Sequence record: OR670491
Length of the DNA stretch: 64,000 nt
Source: Escherichia phage vB_EcoM_JNE01
Strand: one strand, 5' to 3'
This document shows positions 42,207 through 51,826 of the stretch, piece after piece (position 1 is the stretch's first letter; each line of letters starts with the position of its first letter). The notes below the pieces were generated by a model. The model saw only the letters and a program-made list of their open reading frames with translations, did not search any database and was not told the origin of the DNA. The translations under genes were made by a program, and so were the position numbers.

Positions 42207-42442
42207 GCATCATCTCAATAACCCAAGATGAACTATTACGTAGGATAGGACTAACAACTGCCAGTGCTATTGCAATTCGTAATAATCCAAACTTTACAGT
42301 ACTAGAAAAGTACGCTCTAATGTACGAAGTAAAATTGAATGCTATTTTAGGAACAAACTACCAAGAACAGTTCATTGAAAGTTACGTAAATGCCTTAAAA
42401 GATTTAATTGAACATAATAAAAAGGAATATACCAGAATATGA
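42203..42442 (+). CDS. small protein, LGTNYQE-motif family
   Basis: motif AILGTNYQEQFIESYV; close paralogue of 41982..42206. Confidence 0.6.
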   Translation: MSIISITQDELLRRIGLTTASAIAIRNNPNFTVLEKYALMYEVKLNAILGTNYQEQFIESYVNALKDLIEHNKKEYTRI

Positions 42443-42684
42443 GAATCATTACATCTCAACAGTACAGAAACATTATGCTCAATACTATCCCTGATTGCAG
42501 GGCAATAGATAAACTAACCTTAAGACCTGATGAGCGAAAGTGCAAGTACTATGAACTTATGTACTTTAACTTACTGGGTACTAACTATCAAGAGCATCAT
42601 ATTAAAGCGTACTTAAATGTTTTAAAGGAGAGCACTGAATACCTTATTGAACAATCTAAGAAAGCTAAAAAGAGACAGAAATGA
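42439..42684 (+). CDS. small protein, LGTNYQE-motif family
   Basis: motif NLLGTNYQEHHIKAYL. Confidence 0.6.
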   Translation: MRIITSQQYRNIMLNTIPDCRAIDKLTLRPDERKCKYYELMYFNLLGTNYQEHHIKAYLNVLKESTEYLIEQSKKAKKRQK

Positions 42685-42941
42685 CAGCAATGAAAGAATT
42701 AAGACACGAAGATTACTTTACTTTTATTTCAAAGCACAACCAACAGTACAAAGAATTTAAAGAGCAGAGTACTTCCCATTATGAGTACTGTGTATTAAGT
42801 ACTGATTATACTTTAGGTTTTACAGTAGGAACTACATTACAGGAATACTCTATTGGTTTGCACTTAAATGCTTTAGAAAGATTAATTCAAAGTAAAGTCC
42901 TAGAACATGAACAAGAAAATAAAAATACTAACAAAAAGTGA
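42681..42941 (+). CDS. small protein, LGTNYQE-motif family
   Basis: motif FTVGTTLQEYSIGLHL. Confidence 0.55.
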   Translation: MTAMKELRHEDYFTFISKHNQQYKEFKEQSTSHYEYCVLSTDYTLGFTVGTTLQEYSIGLHLNALERLIQSKVLEHEQENKNTNKK

Positions 42942-43146
42942 ATACGCAGATATCATTTTCAATACTATGCACAAATACCAGTACTTAAAAGATAATTACG
43001 ATTCTATAGAGTTAGAAGTTAAAAAAGCAGACTTAGATGTATTAATAGCTTTAGGTACTAATTATCAAAAGTACAGTACTCCAAGATTAATAGAAGCATT
43101 ACTACAAGAGGTCCAAAGTAAATGCAATGACAATGACAATGAATAA
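42907..43146 (+). CDS. small protein, LGTNYQE-motif family
   Basis: motif IALGTNYQKYSTPRLI. Confidence 0.55.
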   Translation: MNKKIKILTKSEYADIIFNTMHKYQYLKDNYDSIELEVKKADLDVLIALGTNYQKYSTPRLIEALLQEVQSKCNDNDNE

Positions 43147-43393
43147 GAACATAGTAGTAATACAGTACATGAGTTCTGTGCAGTACAAAAATGAAATTGC
43201 TAAAATGCAGAGCAATAGTACAGAAGACCGTTCTAAGTACTTGTGGTTAGTACAATCCAGAGAAATCGTTTTAAATAAATTTATAGGGACAGATGCACAA
43301 GAGTATTGCTTAGAGCAGTACATTGAAGCGTTGATGATGCACATCAGAGGTCTTAAGAAATTACGTTACAGTATTGACAGTACCAGAAAGTAG
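43127..43393 (+). CDS. small protein, LGTNYQE-motif family
   Basis: motif KFIGTDAQEYCLEQYI. Confidence 0.55.
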   Translation: MTMTMNKNIVVIQYMSSVQYKNEIAKMQSNSTEDRSKYLWLVQSREIVLNKFIGTDAQEYCLEQYIEALMMHIRGLKKLRYSIDSTRK

Positions 43394-43442
43394 TGCTATA
43401 GTACCTGTACATTCAAGGTACGTTCAATAAAGGGTAGAGGTT

Positions 43443-43679
43443 ATGATTAAATTAGCATTCGGTATTGTAGTACTGGCACTTGCAATCAGCTTAGGTCTAG
43501 CTGCACTGGAAGTTAATGAATTAGAAGAGATGCATTGCACAAAGACAGGACAGAGTAGAGTTGAAACGGTTTTGATTCCCGTAACGGTTATTGTGAATAA
43601 TATGCCCATCACGAATCTGATTCCTACCCTAACGACAACGTATCAGTACACTTGCGATGACGGAGAGCGATGGAGATAA
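43443..43679 (+). CDS. small secreted/membrane-anchored hypothetical protein
   Basis: N-terminal hydrophobic signal-like segment MIKLAFGIVVLALAISLGLAALEV; GAGG RBS; not a family member. Confidence 0.5.
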   Translation: MIKLAFGIVVLALAISLGLAALEVNELEEMHCTKTGQSRVETVLIPVTVIVNNMPITNLIPTLTTTYQYTCDDGERWR

Positions 43680-43921
43680 TGCATTACAAACATCTTCCAG
43701 AAATGGAATTCAGACGCATGTCCAAGTCAATCAGACAAAAATACATTGCAACACAAAGGTACAACCTAAAGTACAAGCACAATATTCATGACGAACGATT
43801 GCTGTACGTAGTAGGGACAGAGTATCAGGATAGGGTTGTTAATTCATATTTGTACGCCCTAAAAGAGTACATCCTATATCTTTGTAATAACAACAATAAC
43901 AGTACAAAGGACATAAAATGA
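43679..43921 (+). CDS. small protein, LGTNYQE-motif family
   Basis: motif YVVGTEYQDRVVNSYL; ATG with GGAG RBS chosen (track start 43670). Confidence 0.55.
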   Translation: MHYKHLPEMEFRRMSKSIRQKYIATQRYNLKYKHNIHDERLLYVVGTEYQDRVVNSYLYALKEYILYLCNNNNNSTKDIK

Positions 43922-44238
43922 AATTTAATATCCTAAGAGTATCAAAAAGAGCGATTTATGCATATGAGTTTAATTATGATCAATTTGATGTAGATATCAT
44001 TTTGTACAAGAACAGCCAAGGTGAAATGCTTTTTAAGTACCAAAATAGTGAAGCAGATAATATTCCTTTACCGGATTTAACCAAAATGCAAGAGGATGAA
44101 TTCTTTCAGCAGAGCTTAGTATATGATATTGATTTTTATAGTATAGATATTCTTTTAGCTTTACAGAAAAAGATGCACGAAATCTTTAATGATTTAGTCC
44201 AGGGTGATGATAGCACAAGGTTCGTATTCTATGTTTAG
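43918..44238 (+). CDS. FQxS-motif family protein (first member of main array)
   Basis: motif QEDEFFQQSLVYDID; ATGA coupling. Confidence 0.55.
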   Translation: MKFNILRVSKRAIYAYEFNYDQFDVDIILYKNSQGEMLFKYQNSEADNIPLPDLTKMQEDEFFQQSLVYDIDFYSIDILLALQKKMHEIFNDLVQGDDSTRFVFYV

Positions 44239-44434
44239 AAACATAGATCCCAATCAGTACGCAACAATGTACAGAGATTATTGGATGCAAAGTTCCAGTA
44301 CCAAGTCCCTTGCGGAATTTCGTATGATATATTTTCTTGGTACAGAGAATCAAGAAGAAACGATGCTGGACTATATTGAAGTACTAAAGGTTGAAGTACA
44401 AGATGAATACATATTAGGGGTTATGGAGCAGTGA
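44231..44434 (+). CDS. small protein, LGTNYQE-motif family
   Basis: motif YFLGTENQEETMLDYI; internal ATG of track ORF 44204..44434. Confidence 0.5.
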   Translation: MFRNIDPNQYATMYRDYWMQSSSTKSLAEFRMIYFLGTENQEETMLDYIEVLKVEVQDEYILGVMEQ

Positions 44435-44925
44435 AATCGAGATTCGTTTCAGAGTTCAGTACAGACACGGTGTACGCTAAGGATTTAGTACAGTTATTAA
44501 TTTCATTGCTCAAGGCTAAGGATAATTCAGAAGTTCAAGATTTGTGTAGTTCTTGTATCCGATATGCAGGTGGTAATTTGTATATTAATATAGATGGATT
44601 AGATCGTCCTATATATAAACAATCAAAATTCATCCAAAGTTGGACATACATTGATTTTGATAGTACATATTCGGCGTACACAAAAAGAAGTACAAAAACC
44701 TTTTTTACAATCCAGGGTAAAACGTATAATTTATTAAAAGAGCCATTAACAGAAGAAATGTATTTCCAGATGCAATGCTTAGGATTAAGTACAGAAGCGT
44801 TAAATGCTTATGTGCTTATTGATGCTATGGATTATTTAGATTTAGATAAGTACGTTCCAGACGGATGGAGAATGTCTTTACCTTCGTTATTTGCAGTGTA
44901 CAATACAATACATGGGGAACCTTAA
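44431..44925 (+). CDS. FQxS-motif family protein
   Basis: GTG start after GGAG; motif TEEMYFQMQCLGLSTEALNAYVLIDAM. Confidence 0.55.
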   Translation: MKSRFVSEFSTDTVYAKDLVQLLISLLKAKDNSEVQDLCSSCIRYAGGNLYINIDGLDRPIYKQSKFIQSWTYIDFDSTYSAYTKRSTKTFFTIQGKTYNLLKEPLTEEMYFQMQCLGLSTEALNAYVLIDAMDYLDLDKYVPDGWRMSLPSLFAVYNTIHGEP

Positions 44926-45436
44926 AGTGAATTTTAATGTAATTGATGTTCCTGAATTAGCAAAGAAGATTCAAACAATCCTGTACATAGGTAGTTCAAT
45001 ACGAAGTACAGGTGATTTCATCAGGACAGATAAAGTAAGAATGCAAGGTATGCGTTCATCATATGATGTTAAAGGTATGTGTACATTTGATATGGTCTAT
45101 ACAAAATACGGAAAGGAAAAGAATGCAGTATGTTTATTATCGTTTCCACCGAACCCTATAGCACCGAGAAATCCTAACAATACATTATGGTACGAGCAAG
45201 GTGCAGATACAGTAGAGTTCAAGGGTGTATTTTATGATGTAGAAGATATTCCAGCAACAGAAGAAGGAGCATTCCAGTACAGCTTATTATATCCAGATGA
45301 TGTAATATTTTATAAGAAGTTATTTTGGGAGTTAAACAATTTACCTCATTACACCCCTAATTTTTCAATAGATCTGGAGTGCATTGATACCGTATACGAA
45401 AGTTTAATGGAGTTCATTAGTTATGAAGTACAGTAA
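44912..45436 (+). CDS. FQxS-motif family protein
   Basis: motif TEEGAFQYSLLYPDD; internal ATG of track ORF 44891..45436. Confidence 0.5.
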   Translation: MGNLKVNFNVIDVPELAKKIQTILYIGSSIRSTGDFIRTDKVRMQGMRSSYDVKGMCTFDMVYTKYGKEKNAVCLLSFPPNPIAPRNPNNTLWYEQGADTVEFKGVFYDVEDIPATEEGAFQYSLLYPDDVIFYKKLFWELNNLPHYTPNFSIDLECIDTVYESLMEFISYEVQ

Positions 45437-46004
45437 CCCAGAAGAGACAGTATTTGAGTACACATATGAAAATGCTGTAGAGCTTTGTACAAAATTAAAA
45501 GAAGTCCTTCAAATTTACAATTCCATTGTAAATGACCCAAAGAATAAAGATAAAAATGTAATCCAATTAAATGCATTTTGTTCCATAAACATAGCAAAAG
45601 ACCATTCAGAATTACAGGTCCGTAAAACACAAGATAACGAGGACAAATTCAGATTCATCAGGAATTATCCAATATCAGATGTATTATCATATCTTAGTTT
45701 TCCACCTGGTCCTTGTTTGAGTAAAGAAGATACGGATTCATTTTGGTATAATAGTACATTCCAGTACATGGGTATTAATAACAAGGGTTCAGATGCAACG
45801 GACAGGATTGAAGTGAATCAAAGTCCTAAAAGTGCAGAGGAATTCTTTCAGTACAGTACCCTTATGCATCCAAGAACAATTTTTTATTCATGCGTTTTAG
45901 ATGCTTTGAAGAGTTCAGGTTTAGATTTACCGCATTTACGTTTCAACCCACAGAGCATTCCTAGTGTGTGGGAAATGTTAAAGAACGAGCCGCCTGTGTC
46001 GTAA
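45423..46004 (+). CDS. FQxS-motif family protein
   Basis: motif SAEEFFQYSTLMHPR; followed by hairpin + T7 terminator. Confidence 0.55.
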   Translation: MKYSNPEETVFEYTYENAVELCTKLKEVLQIYNSIVNDPKNKDKNVIQLNAFCSINIAKDHSELQVRKTQDNEDKFRFIRNYPISDVLSYLSFPPGPCLSKEDTDSFWYNSTFQYMGINNKGSDATDRIEVNQSPKSAEEFFQYSTLMHPRTIFYSCVLDALKSSGLDLPHLRFNPQSIPSVWEMLKNEPPVS

Positions 46005-46023
46005 GATACGGGCTTTTTTTGTA

Positions 46024-46052
46024 TTGACAAAAGCAAAAGTACCAAGTACAAT
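46024..46052 (+). promoter_or_regulatory. internal array promoter (TTGACA-N17-TACAAT)
   Basis: ttgacaaaagcaaaagtaccaagtacaat after T-run terminator. Confidence 0.55.
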
Positions 46053-46080
46053 ACAGATATATTAATAAAAGGAACATACC

Positions 46081-46647
46081 ATGCAACCAGTACAACCAGT
46101 ACAACCAGTACCTAAAGTGCCTAAAGTGCATCTAGTAGCCGATTTCGAAGTACCACAAACGTTCGAAGAGTGCAATGCGTACATCGACAAGGTGCTTTGT
46201 ATTTTCAAGGCATTCATTGAAGATGACATTCCATCCTTTGATTACGAACATCCCAGCCAAGGGTACGCAAACATGTACACAAGGAATAACATGAGTGGTA
46301 TTATTCCTCACATCACGAGTACAACGTTTTGGTACACAGATAGTTCAAAGAAATCAAAAGATTTCCTTGTACGCGATTTGAATTTAAACGAACCTTCATC
46401 AGTACCTATGCTGTTTGAGCCTATTCAATCCAAAGAAGAGTATTTTCAGTACAGCACCTTGTATACAGCATTTGAGTTATTTTGTATTCAGATGTACGCA
46501 AGAACAAATGCTTATATTAAAGATAATCCAATCAATTTCAAAAGTGCCAAGATTGTCCATCCTGTATTTGCTGATTTATATGATTCAGTGTATTCAGGTA
46601 AAAAGCCAAAGTACACCACAACAGCGTATAGAGCGTTTCGTCCTTAA
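46081..46647 (+). CDS. FQxS-motif family protein
   Basis: motif SKEEYFQYSTLYTAFE; N-terminal tandem repeat MQPVQPVQPVPKVPKV. Confidence 0.55.
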   Translation: MQPVQPVQPVPKVPKVHLVADFEVPQTFEECNAYIDKVLCIFKAFIEDDIPSFDYEHPSQGYANMYTRNNMSGIIPHITSTTFWYTDSSKKSKDFLVRDLNLNEPSSVPMLFEPIQSKEEYFQYSTLYTAFELFCIQMYARTNAYIKDNPINFKSAKIVHPVFADLYDSVYSGKKPKYTTTAYRAFRP

Positions 46648-46656
46648 GGAGCTATA

Positions 46657-47268
46657 ATGAGTTACATGAGTTCGCACAGATTATTAGATGTGTTAAAGGA
46701 GCATCTTGTTTTCCTTCAGGACAAGTTACGTTCCTTTTCAGAGACATTCCCGGAGGGTAGTAAGTTGGTAGTTCCTTTTCGTGCACCCAATGTGAATGAC
46801 CAGTTCATAGTACACATCAGTACAGATAATATTTCGTTGCGTATTATCAATTCAGATTTAGATTTATTCGGTGTAAGATTCAATACAAAACAAACGGTAT
46901 CGAGTTCGTCCCTGAACAAATGGGATTTTTGTATTGCTCACCCTAATAAAGCTGAAGAGATTTGGATACAAATCAGTGCAGATGGTCATGAGAGATCGCA
47001 TTTTGCGTATTATCCTAAAACAGATAAGTTCCCAGAATCAGTGTATTACAAGAGAACAGATTATGAAACATTGGATTCATTTTTGTTCCAGCAGCAGATG
47101 TTTGAAGGCGTAAGAAATCAAGATGAAATCCAGAAGGACATTGATACAATCCTTGATATCCAAAGTTATCTTGATGAAGACATGTACGTATATCATGGTA
47201 ATTCAGTTATTTTTGAAAATGTATTACCGTCCTTTATCAATGCATTACAAGATATTAAGGTGTTTTAA
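46657..47268 (+). CDS. hypothetical protein (weak FQxS-like motif)
   Basis: 203-aa ORF with AAGGAG RBS; motif DSFLFQQQMFEG. Confidence 0.5.
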   Translation: MSYMSSHRLLDVLKEHLVFLQDKLRSFSETFPEGSKLVVPFRAPNVNDQFIVHISTDNISLRIINSDLDLFGVRFNTKQTVSSSSLNKWDFCIAHPNKAEEIWIQISADGHERSHFAYYPKTDKFPESVYYKRTDYETLDSFLFQQQMFEGVRNQDEIQKDIDTILDIQSYLDEDMYVYHGNSVIFENVLPSFINALQDIKVF

Positions 47269-47501
47269 TGATTTTATTCAATACAGGTCCGTGTTCCTTA
47301 GAAGTGATGTTTTCAAGAAATCGTTTATGGAATCAAAAATTCAGGGACGATACGTTGTTTCACAGGATGGTACAAACCTTCGAAAACGAGAAAGAAGAAG
47401 AATACATACACAGAATCATGTACATAGCAGTCCTCAGTACACCTGAATATTACGAGCGTTTGAGAGCGTTCAATTCCACAATACCAAAGGAGCCTAAGTG
47501 A
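47268..47501 (+). CDS. small hypothetical protein
   Basis: ORF coupled to flanking genes; overlaps alternative-frame ORF 47123..47446, judged less likely. Confidence 0.4.
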   Translation: MILFNTGPCSLEVMFSRNRLWNQKFRDDTLFHRMVQTFENEKEEEYIHRIMYIAVLSTPEYYERLRAFNSTIPKEPK

Positions 47502-47899
47502 CAACCATGAAACCAGTACCGTTAAGATATCAATTTTGTGCTTACGCAGTGCAAATGTACAGTTCAGAAGGTATATGTCAATACGAGTTTGATATTGAGT
47601 CACAGGAGACGAATGAAGAGGTGTACACGGTACGTTACCTTTACGGGAAGTACACCTTCGCTATCAAAGACAAGCACAGAAACATATCCCCTGTTCCTAA
47701 TTTTGTACACGAACCGGAGTTGGAGTTCCAGTACAGCACCTTAAGAGATGACATTCCTGTGCACAAGAAGATGCAGGATGTGCTGATAAAGTTCGTAGAA
47801 TGTGTTATGGCGGTTGACAATTACCCGAATATCCTGTACATTACCTTTGATAGTTACGAAATCTTAGAAGATATGTTCGAGGGATGGGAATTATGTTAA
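47498..47899 (+). CDS. FQxS-motif family protein
   Basis: GTG start after AAGGAG; motif PELEFQYSTLRDD. Confidence 0.5.
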   Translation: MTTMKPVPLRYQFCAYAVQMYSSEGICQYEFDIESQETNEEVYTVRYLYGKYTFAIKDKHRNISPVPNFVHEPELEFQYSTLRDDIPVHKKMQDVLIKFVECVMAVDNYPNILYITFDSYEILEDMFEGWELC

Positions 47900-48087
47900 G
47901 TGAAAATCAGACCAAAATAATTGACAGGATGGTATCCCTGCATATCAGTCAGTACCTTTATGATTCCAGAAGAGGTATTGATACATGGGACATTACAATG
48001 CAATGCATCAGGCTTTTTTATTCGGATTTTAATAATGGATTAAAATGGCTCCAAGAGAGAAAAGATGAGAAAGTACACCAGACATGA
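47884..48087 (+). CDS. small hypothetical protein
   Basis: ORF from track. Confidence 0.4.
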   Translation: MGIMLSENQTKIIDRMVSLHISQYLYDSRRGIDTWDITMQCIRLFYSDFNNGLKWLQERKDEKVHQT

Positions 48088-48265
48088 GTTTATAGTAGAA
48101 ATTCAGGAAGTATTTCAGAGGTGGAAAGCCTTGGGTTTAGAGAATTTTCCGTATCAGGATTTTAAATTATTACATTTTTGGGGTAGTAATATGCAGGACG
48201 CTGTATTAAAAGAGTACCTAAAAGAGATGCAGTACAAGATACAGTACAAGAAGGAACAACAATGA
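48065..48265 (+). CDS. small protein with degenerate LGTNYQE-like motif
   Basis: LLHFWGSNMQDAVLKEYLKEMQYKI resembles family motif. Confidence 0.4.
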   Translation: MRKYTRHEFIVEIQEVFQRWKALGLENFPYQDFKLLHFWGSNMQDAVLKEYLKEMQYKIQYKKEQQ

Positions 48266-48486
48266 GTCCAAATCCAAGTCATGAAGTTGCATTTGATTCG
48301 AGTATAGTACATTTAGTTGTAGAAATGGTTAATGAAGATTTCAAACATGAAATTAACAAAGACCGATGGGAAATGCTTTTGGAGTTCATATTACAAAACA
48401 TCAGGTCGTATTGGACGGAGGCAGTACGAGAAGAGATGTTTTGGAGGGGTGAAATTCAAATGATAAATAACGGCATTTTGGAATAA
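48262..48486 (+). CDS. small hypothetical protein
   Basis: ATGA-coupled ORF. Confidence 0.4.
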   Translation: MSPNPSHEVAFDSSIVHLVVEMVNEDFKHEINKDRWEMLLEFILQNIRSYWTEAVREEMFWRGEIQMINNGILE

Positions 48487-48690
48487 CATGAGGGGGCGGT
48501 TTTACAGGCCGATGTTTTAGGGGTCAAAAAAATTTCCGCTTTAACAAGGTGGAGATTATCTTTTATATATCCTGTTAGAATTGTGCATAAGCGTAGAAGG
48601 AATTTTCGAAAAAGAAAAAAAGACGCGACGCAGGCACGATTCGGGCTGGGAATATATTTCTTTATCTTGTATTTTAATTTGGAGTTCATT

Positions 48691-49035
48691 ATGGATTTTG
48701 ATTATTCGATTTACAGTATAAAGTACCATGATTCTTTTGAATTGTATTGTAATCTTGTAAAGGGTGATAGCAAGCACGATTGTGAGCAATTCCTGCGATA
48801 CGATGGGAAACAATTTCATTTCTATGATTACTGTACTGGAGATAAAGAAGAAGTACCAGATTATACGGGGCTGGATGATGCAGAACTATTTCAGGCTAGA
48901 CTTGTATTTGATTCGAGATTAGTTTGCAGTATTGAAGAGATGATTCCTTTACAACAGGAATTAAAAGAACATTCCGAAAAGAAAGTCCAGTACGGATATG
49001 ATCATCGTTATTACTTTAATCTAGAGGATAAGTAA
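48691..49035 (+). CDS. FQxS-motif family protein, short A-type
   Basis: start MDFDYSIY after GGAG; motif DDAELFQARLVFD; track ORF begins upstream at 48583. Confidence 0.55.
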   Translation: MDFDYSIYSIKYHDSFELYCNLVKGDSKHDCEQFLRYDGKQFHFYDYCTGDKEEVPDYTGLDDAELFQARLVFDSRLVCSIEEMIPLQQELKEHSEKKVQYGYDHRYYFNLEDK

Positions 49036-49511
49036 TGAGTTTAGAAAGTGCACTGGAATTAGGTCGAAGGATAGTTCCTATTATTAATTTCTACCAAAAG
49101 AATTTATATAAGCTAGGATACTTCAATGATGAAATCCTGACTCCAGAAGAACTGGAGTTGGGATACATGTGTATGTTAGCCTTTGGTCAGTATCATACTA
49201 GTGGTGATTGTGATATGAACCTTAGTGGTGGATATCTTGATTTCGAAAGGAATAGTGCACTCCAATTCGTAGACAGAAATGGTTCAGTACAACGTATTGA
49301 ACCGGAAGAGTTTAAAGAATTTAGTACTATGACAGAGGATATGTATTTCCAGTTAAGTACTCTTTACAGTTCAGAAGCACTTGATGCAATGATACTTTTT
49401 GATTACTTATATGGCAGTGATGTTCCTAACTTCGTGTATCTAAGTCTTACTCGCTTGGATATTCTGGAAGAATTATATGAACAGGATTTATTAAAACAGG
49501 TACATATGTAA
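49035..49511 (+). CDS. FQxS-motif family protein, long B-type
   Basis: N-terminus MSLESALELG; motif TEDMYFQLSTLYSSEALDAMILFDYL. Confidence 0.6.
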   Translation: MSLESALELGRRIVPIINFYQKNLYKLGYFNDEILTPEELELGYMCMLAFGQYHTSGDCDMNLSGGYLDFERNSALQFVDRNGSVQRIEPEEFKEFSTMTEDMYFQLSTLYSSEALDAMILFDYLYGSDVPNFVYLSLTRLDILEELYEQDLLKQVHM

Positions 49512-49864
49512 TGGAATTTGAATTTGTAATATCGACACATAGTTTCAAGTTACAGCGTCAGTACTTTTGTAATTTAAACAAAGGTGATATGATACACGCA
49601 GGGAATGAATATCTTCATTACAGTAGTGGTAAATTTACATTTGTTAATTACGATAATTATCTTAATCCACATGAAGAGATGCTGGATTATACAGTACTAC
49701 CAGATGGTGAACTATTTCAGCAGTCCCTGGTATTTGATAAGAAGTACATTTGTTCTTTTGAGGATGTTTGTGCTTTGCAGAAGATCATAAAAGAATACGA
49801 CAAGAGTATTTCTGGGCGTGATATAATAATTAAGGAATATAAGTTCAACCTAGAGGATATGTAA
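49511..49864 (+). CDS. FQxS-motif family protein, short A-type
   Basis: motif PDGELFQQSLVFDKKY...LQKII. Confidence 0.6.
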   Translation: MEFEFVISTHSFKLQRQYFCNLNKGDMIHAGNEYLHYSSGKFTFVNYDNYLNPHEEMLDYTVLPDGELFQQSLVFDKKYICSFEDVCALQKIIKEYDKSISGRDIIIKEYKFNLEDM

Positions 49865-50301
49865 TGAGTTTAGAAAGAGCATTAGAAATTGCTGAGTTGA
49901 TTGATTTGTGCAGAACTAAAATCAAAACTGACTGCCTCAATGGATATCTATACCAGGAAGGCAATTCATATTTCCGAAGTTTATTTGATGAAAGTTCTGA
50001 TAGTATTGAAATGTATGATGATAAGTTAGATACCAGATATACTGTTGAATGCGATGTTAGTTTAGAAGATAATTACATATTCTTTTGTAAGAACTCTAGT
50101 ATTGCATTAAGTTATAATGAGCTTCTCCCTTATTCAGTACTTGAAGGTAATTGGGGTAGTCCAGAATATTACTTCCAGCAAAGTACTATCTACAGTGAAG
50201 AAGTTCTTGATAAACTAGTCATTTTGTGGTACTTTAATAACACTAGTCCCAATAACTTCTACATGGACTTGGACATATTAGATGTAATGAAAGGGGGATA
50301 A
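49864..50301 (+). CDS. FQxS-motif family protein, long B-type
   Basis: N-terminus MSLERALEIA; motif SPEYYFQQSTIYSEEVLDKLVILWYF. Confidence 0.6.
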   Translation: MSLERALEIAELIDLCRTKIKTDCLNGYLYQEGNSYFRSLFDESSDSIEMYDDKLDTRYTVECDVSLEDNYIFFCKNSSIALSYNELLPYSVLEGNWGSPEYYFQQSTIYSEEVLDKLVILWYFNNTSPNNFYMDLDILDVMKGG

Positions 50302-50303
50302 AC

Positions 50304-50783
50304 GTGTCATTTGAAAGTGCCTTTATGGAAGCCCAACGAATCCATGAGTACATGATTCGTATTATTAATGATGATAATCCAAATATAACAAAGTACTGTG
50401 ATGCATCATGGACTGAGTACTACCTATGTACACCAGCACAAAAAAATTACATGTTGGATTCAAATACTCGTATTCTACATTTATGCCCTGGTAGTAATCA
50501 CTTCTACTGTTGTCGTACAGCAGAGCACAGTACTATGGAGTTCAGTAGGAGTAGTCCTATTATTTTTTATAACTGGAATGTAGAGGGTTCTAACTATACT
50601 GACTGTACACACCAGATAGATGCAGAAGTACTGGATGAGCCGTGGGATTCTTCTGATTATTATTTTCAGATGAGCACTGTGTACGAAGAAGATGTACTTG
50701 ACACTTTAGTACTGATGTGGTACTTTAAGCACAGAACAGATTATCCAGATTTCTATCTGGAGTACTTCCACGACATAGGCTAA
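50304..50783 (+). CDS. FQxS-motif family protein, long B-type
   Basis: GTG start after AAAGGGGGA; N-terminus MSFESAFMEA; motif SSDYYFQMSTVYEEDVLDTLVLMWYF. Confidence 0.6.
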   Translation: MSFESAFMEAQRIHEYMIRIINDDNPNITKYCDASWTEYYLCTPAQKNYMLDSNTRILHLCPGSNHFYCCRTAEHSTMEFSRSSPIIFYNWNVEGSNYTDCTHQIDAEVLDEPWDSSDYYFQMSTVYEEDVLDTLVLMWYFKHRTDYPDFYLEYFHDIG

Positions 50784-50792
50784 GAGGATTAT

Positions 50793-51341
50793 ATGGATTA
50801 CACATTTAATGGTTTAGAGTACAGGCACTGTATTGCAATGGCTAAAGTACTGGAGTACGTTGTTACCAGATTGCAATGCAATGAATTTCTTAAGCGAAAT
50901 ATCTTATATCTAAATTCCGATGGTTACTTGTGCCATATTAATGATTTTGTTGACTTTGGTTGGGGCGTTCGTATTGACAAAGATACCATATCAAGAGCCG
51001 GATGCAGGGGTGCAGTTCTTACGCACTGTATTTGTTTTTCTCCTGATAGTAGATCTGTTATTATCAATCACGACAGTCAAAAATATTTTCTGGGTCTGGA
51101 CAATGGAGATTTGGAAGCGTGGTTCTTCCAGAACATTTTAGTACTTGAACCTATGAAAGTACTATATATGGTAGTGTTTAATTATTTGTACAACATTAAA
51201 TGCATAGATTCATTTGATATAGAAATGAGTCTTATGCGTATTATCAATCAAATACCTGAACTCCAGCGTATTACAGAAGAACCGTACTTCAACGATTTCA
51301 CAGAATTATATCGTATGCACAGCTTTGAAGGAGATGAATAA
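50793..51341 (+). CDS. FQxS-motif family protein (divergent)
   Basis: motif GDLEAWFFQNILVLEP; AAGAGGA RBS. Confidence 0.5.
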   Translation: MDYTFNGLEYRHCIAMAKVLEYVVTRLQCNEFLKRNILYLNSDGYLCHINDFVDFGWGVRIDKDTISRAGCRGAVLTHCICFSPDSRSVIINHDSQKYFLGLDNGDLEAWFFQNILVLEPMKVLYMVVFNYLYNIKCIDSFDIEMSLMRIINQIPELQRITEEPYFNDFTELYRMHSFEGDE

Positions 51342-51823
51342 TGTCATTTAAAGGAGCACTTGAAAAAGCTAATACTATTTTCGAGTACTATAAACTATTT
51401 CGTAATGGTGACTTGGATGATCTTTTTCAATGCAGCGATTTTTCTAATTCATACTTTCATACCAATAGTGATGGTAAGACATGGATAGTATACAGTACTA
51501 GTGGATCACGTGAAACTATTGAGTACTGCTGCAATCCAGACAGGGATTATATCTCGTACTGTCATAATTCTGAATATATTAATCTTGAGTTATGGACACA
51601 TGATGACAGTACTTACATGAAGACAACTGTTGATGGTGATGAGTTAAATGCCATGTACCAAGATTGGTTATCAGAAGATTATTACTTCCAGCAAAGTACT
51701 TTGCACAAGGAAATGTATCTTGATGCTATGGTAGTTCTTTCTTATCTTCGTTCTAAGAATTTAAGTCCTTTTTATTTGAATTTAGGTTATCTTGAAGAAA
51801 TCAAGAAGTCAATGCAAGGGTAA
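51341..51823 (+). CDS. FQxS-motif family protein, long B-type
   Basis: N-terminus MSFKGALEKA; motif SEDYYFQQSTLHKEMYLDAMVVLSYL. Confidence 0.6.
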   Translation: MSFKGALEKANTIFEYYKLFRNGDLDDLFQCSDFSNSYFHTNSDGKTWIVYSTSGSRETIEYCCNPDRDYISYCHNSEYINLELWTHDDSTYMKTTVDGDELNAMYQDWLSEDYYFQQSTLHKEMYLDAMVVLSYLRSKNLSPFYLNLGYLEEIKKSMQG

Positions 51824-51826
51824 TCA

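Noticed and set aside
47123-47446. Alternative-frame ORF overlapping 46657..47268 and 47268..47501
   Set aside because: Cannot coexist with both flanking coupled genes; the 47268..47501 reading keeps the stop-start coupling typical of the array.
48456-48819. Minus-strand ORFs 48456..48689 and 48556..48819 in the gap before gene 48691
   Set aside because: They lie in an AT-rich leader with a GGAG RBS for the plus-strand gene; no start context of their own; orientation opposite to the whole array.
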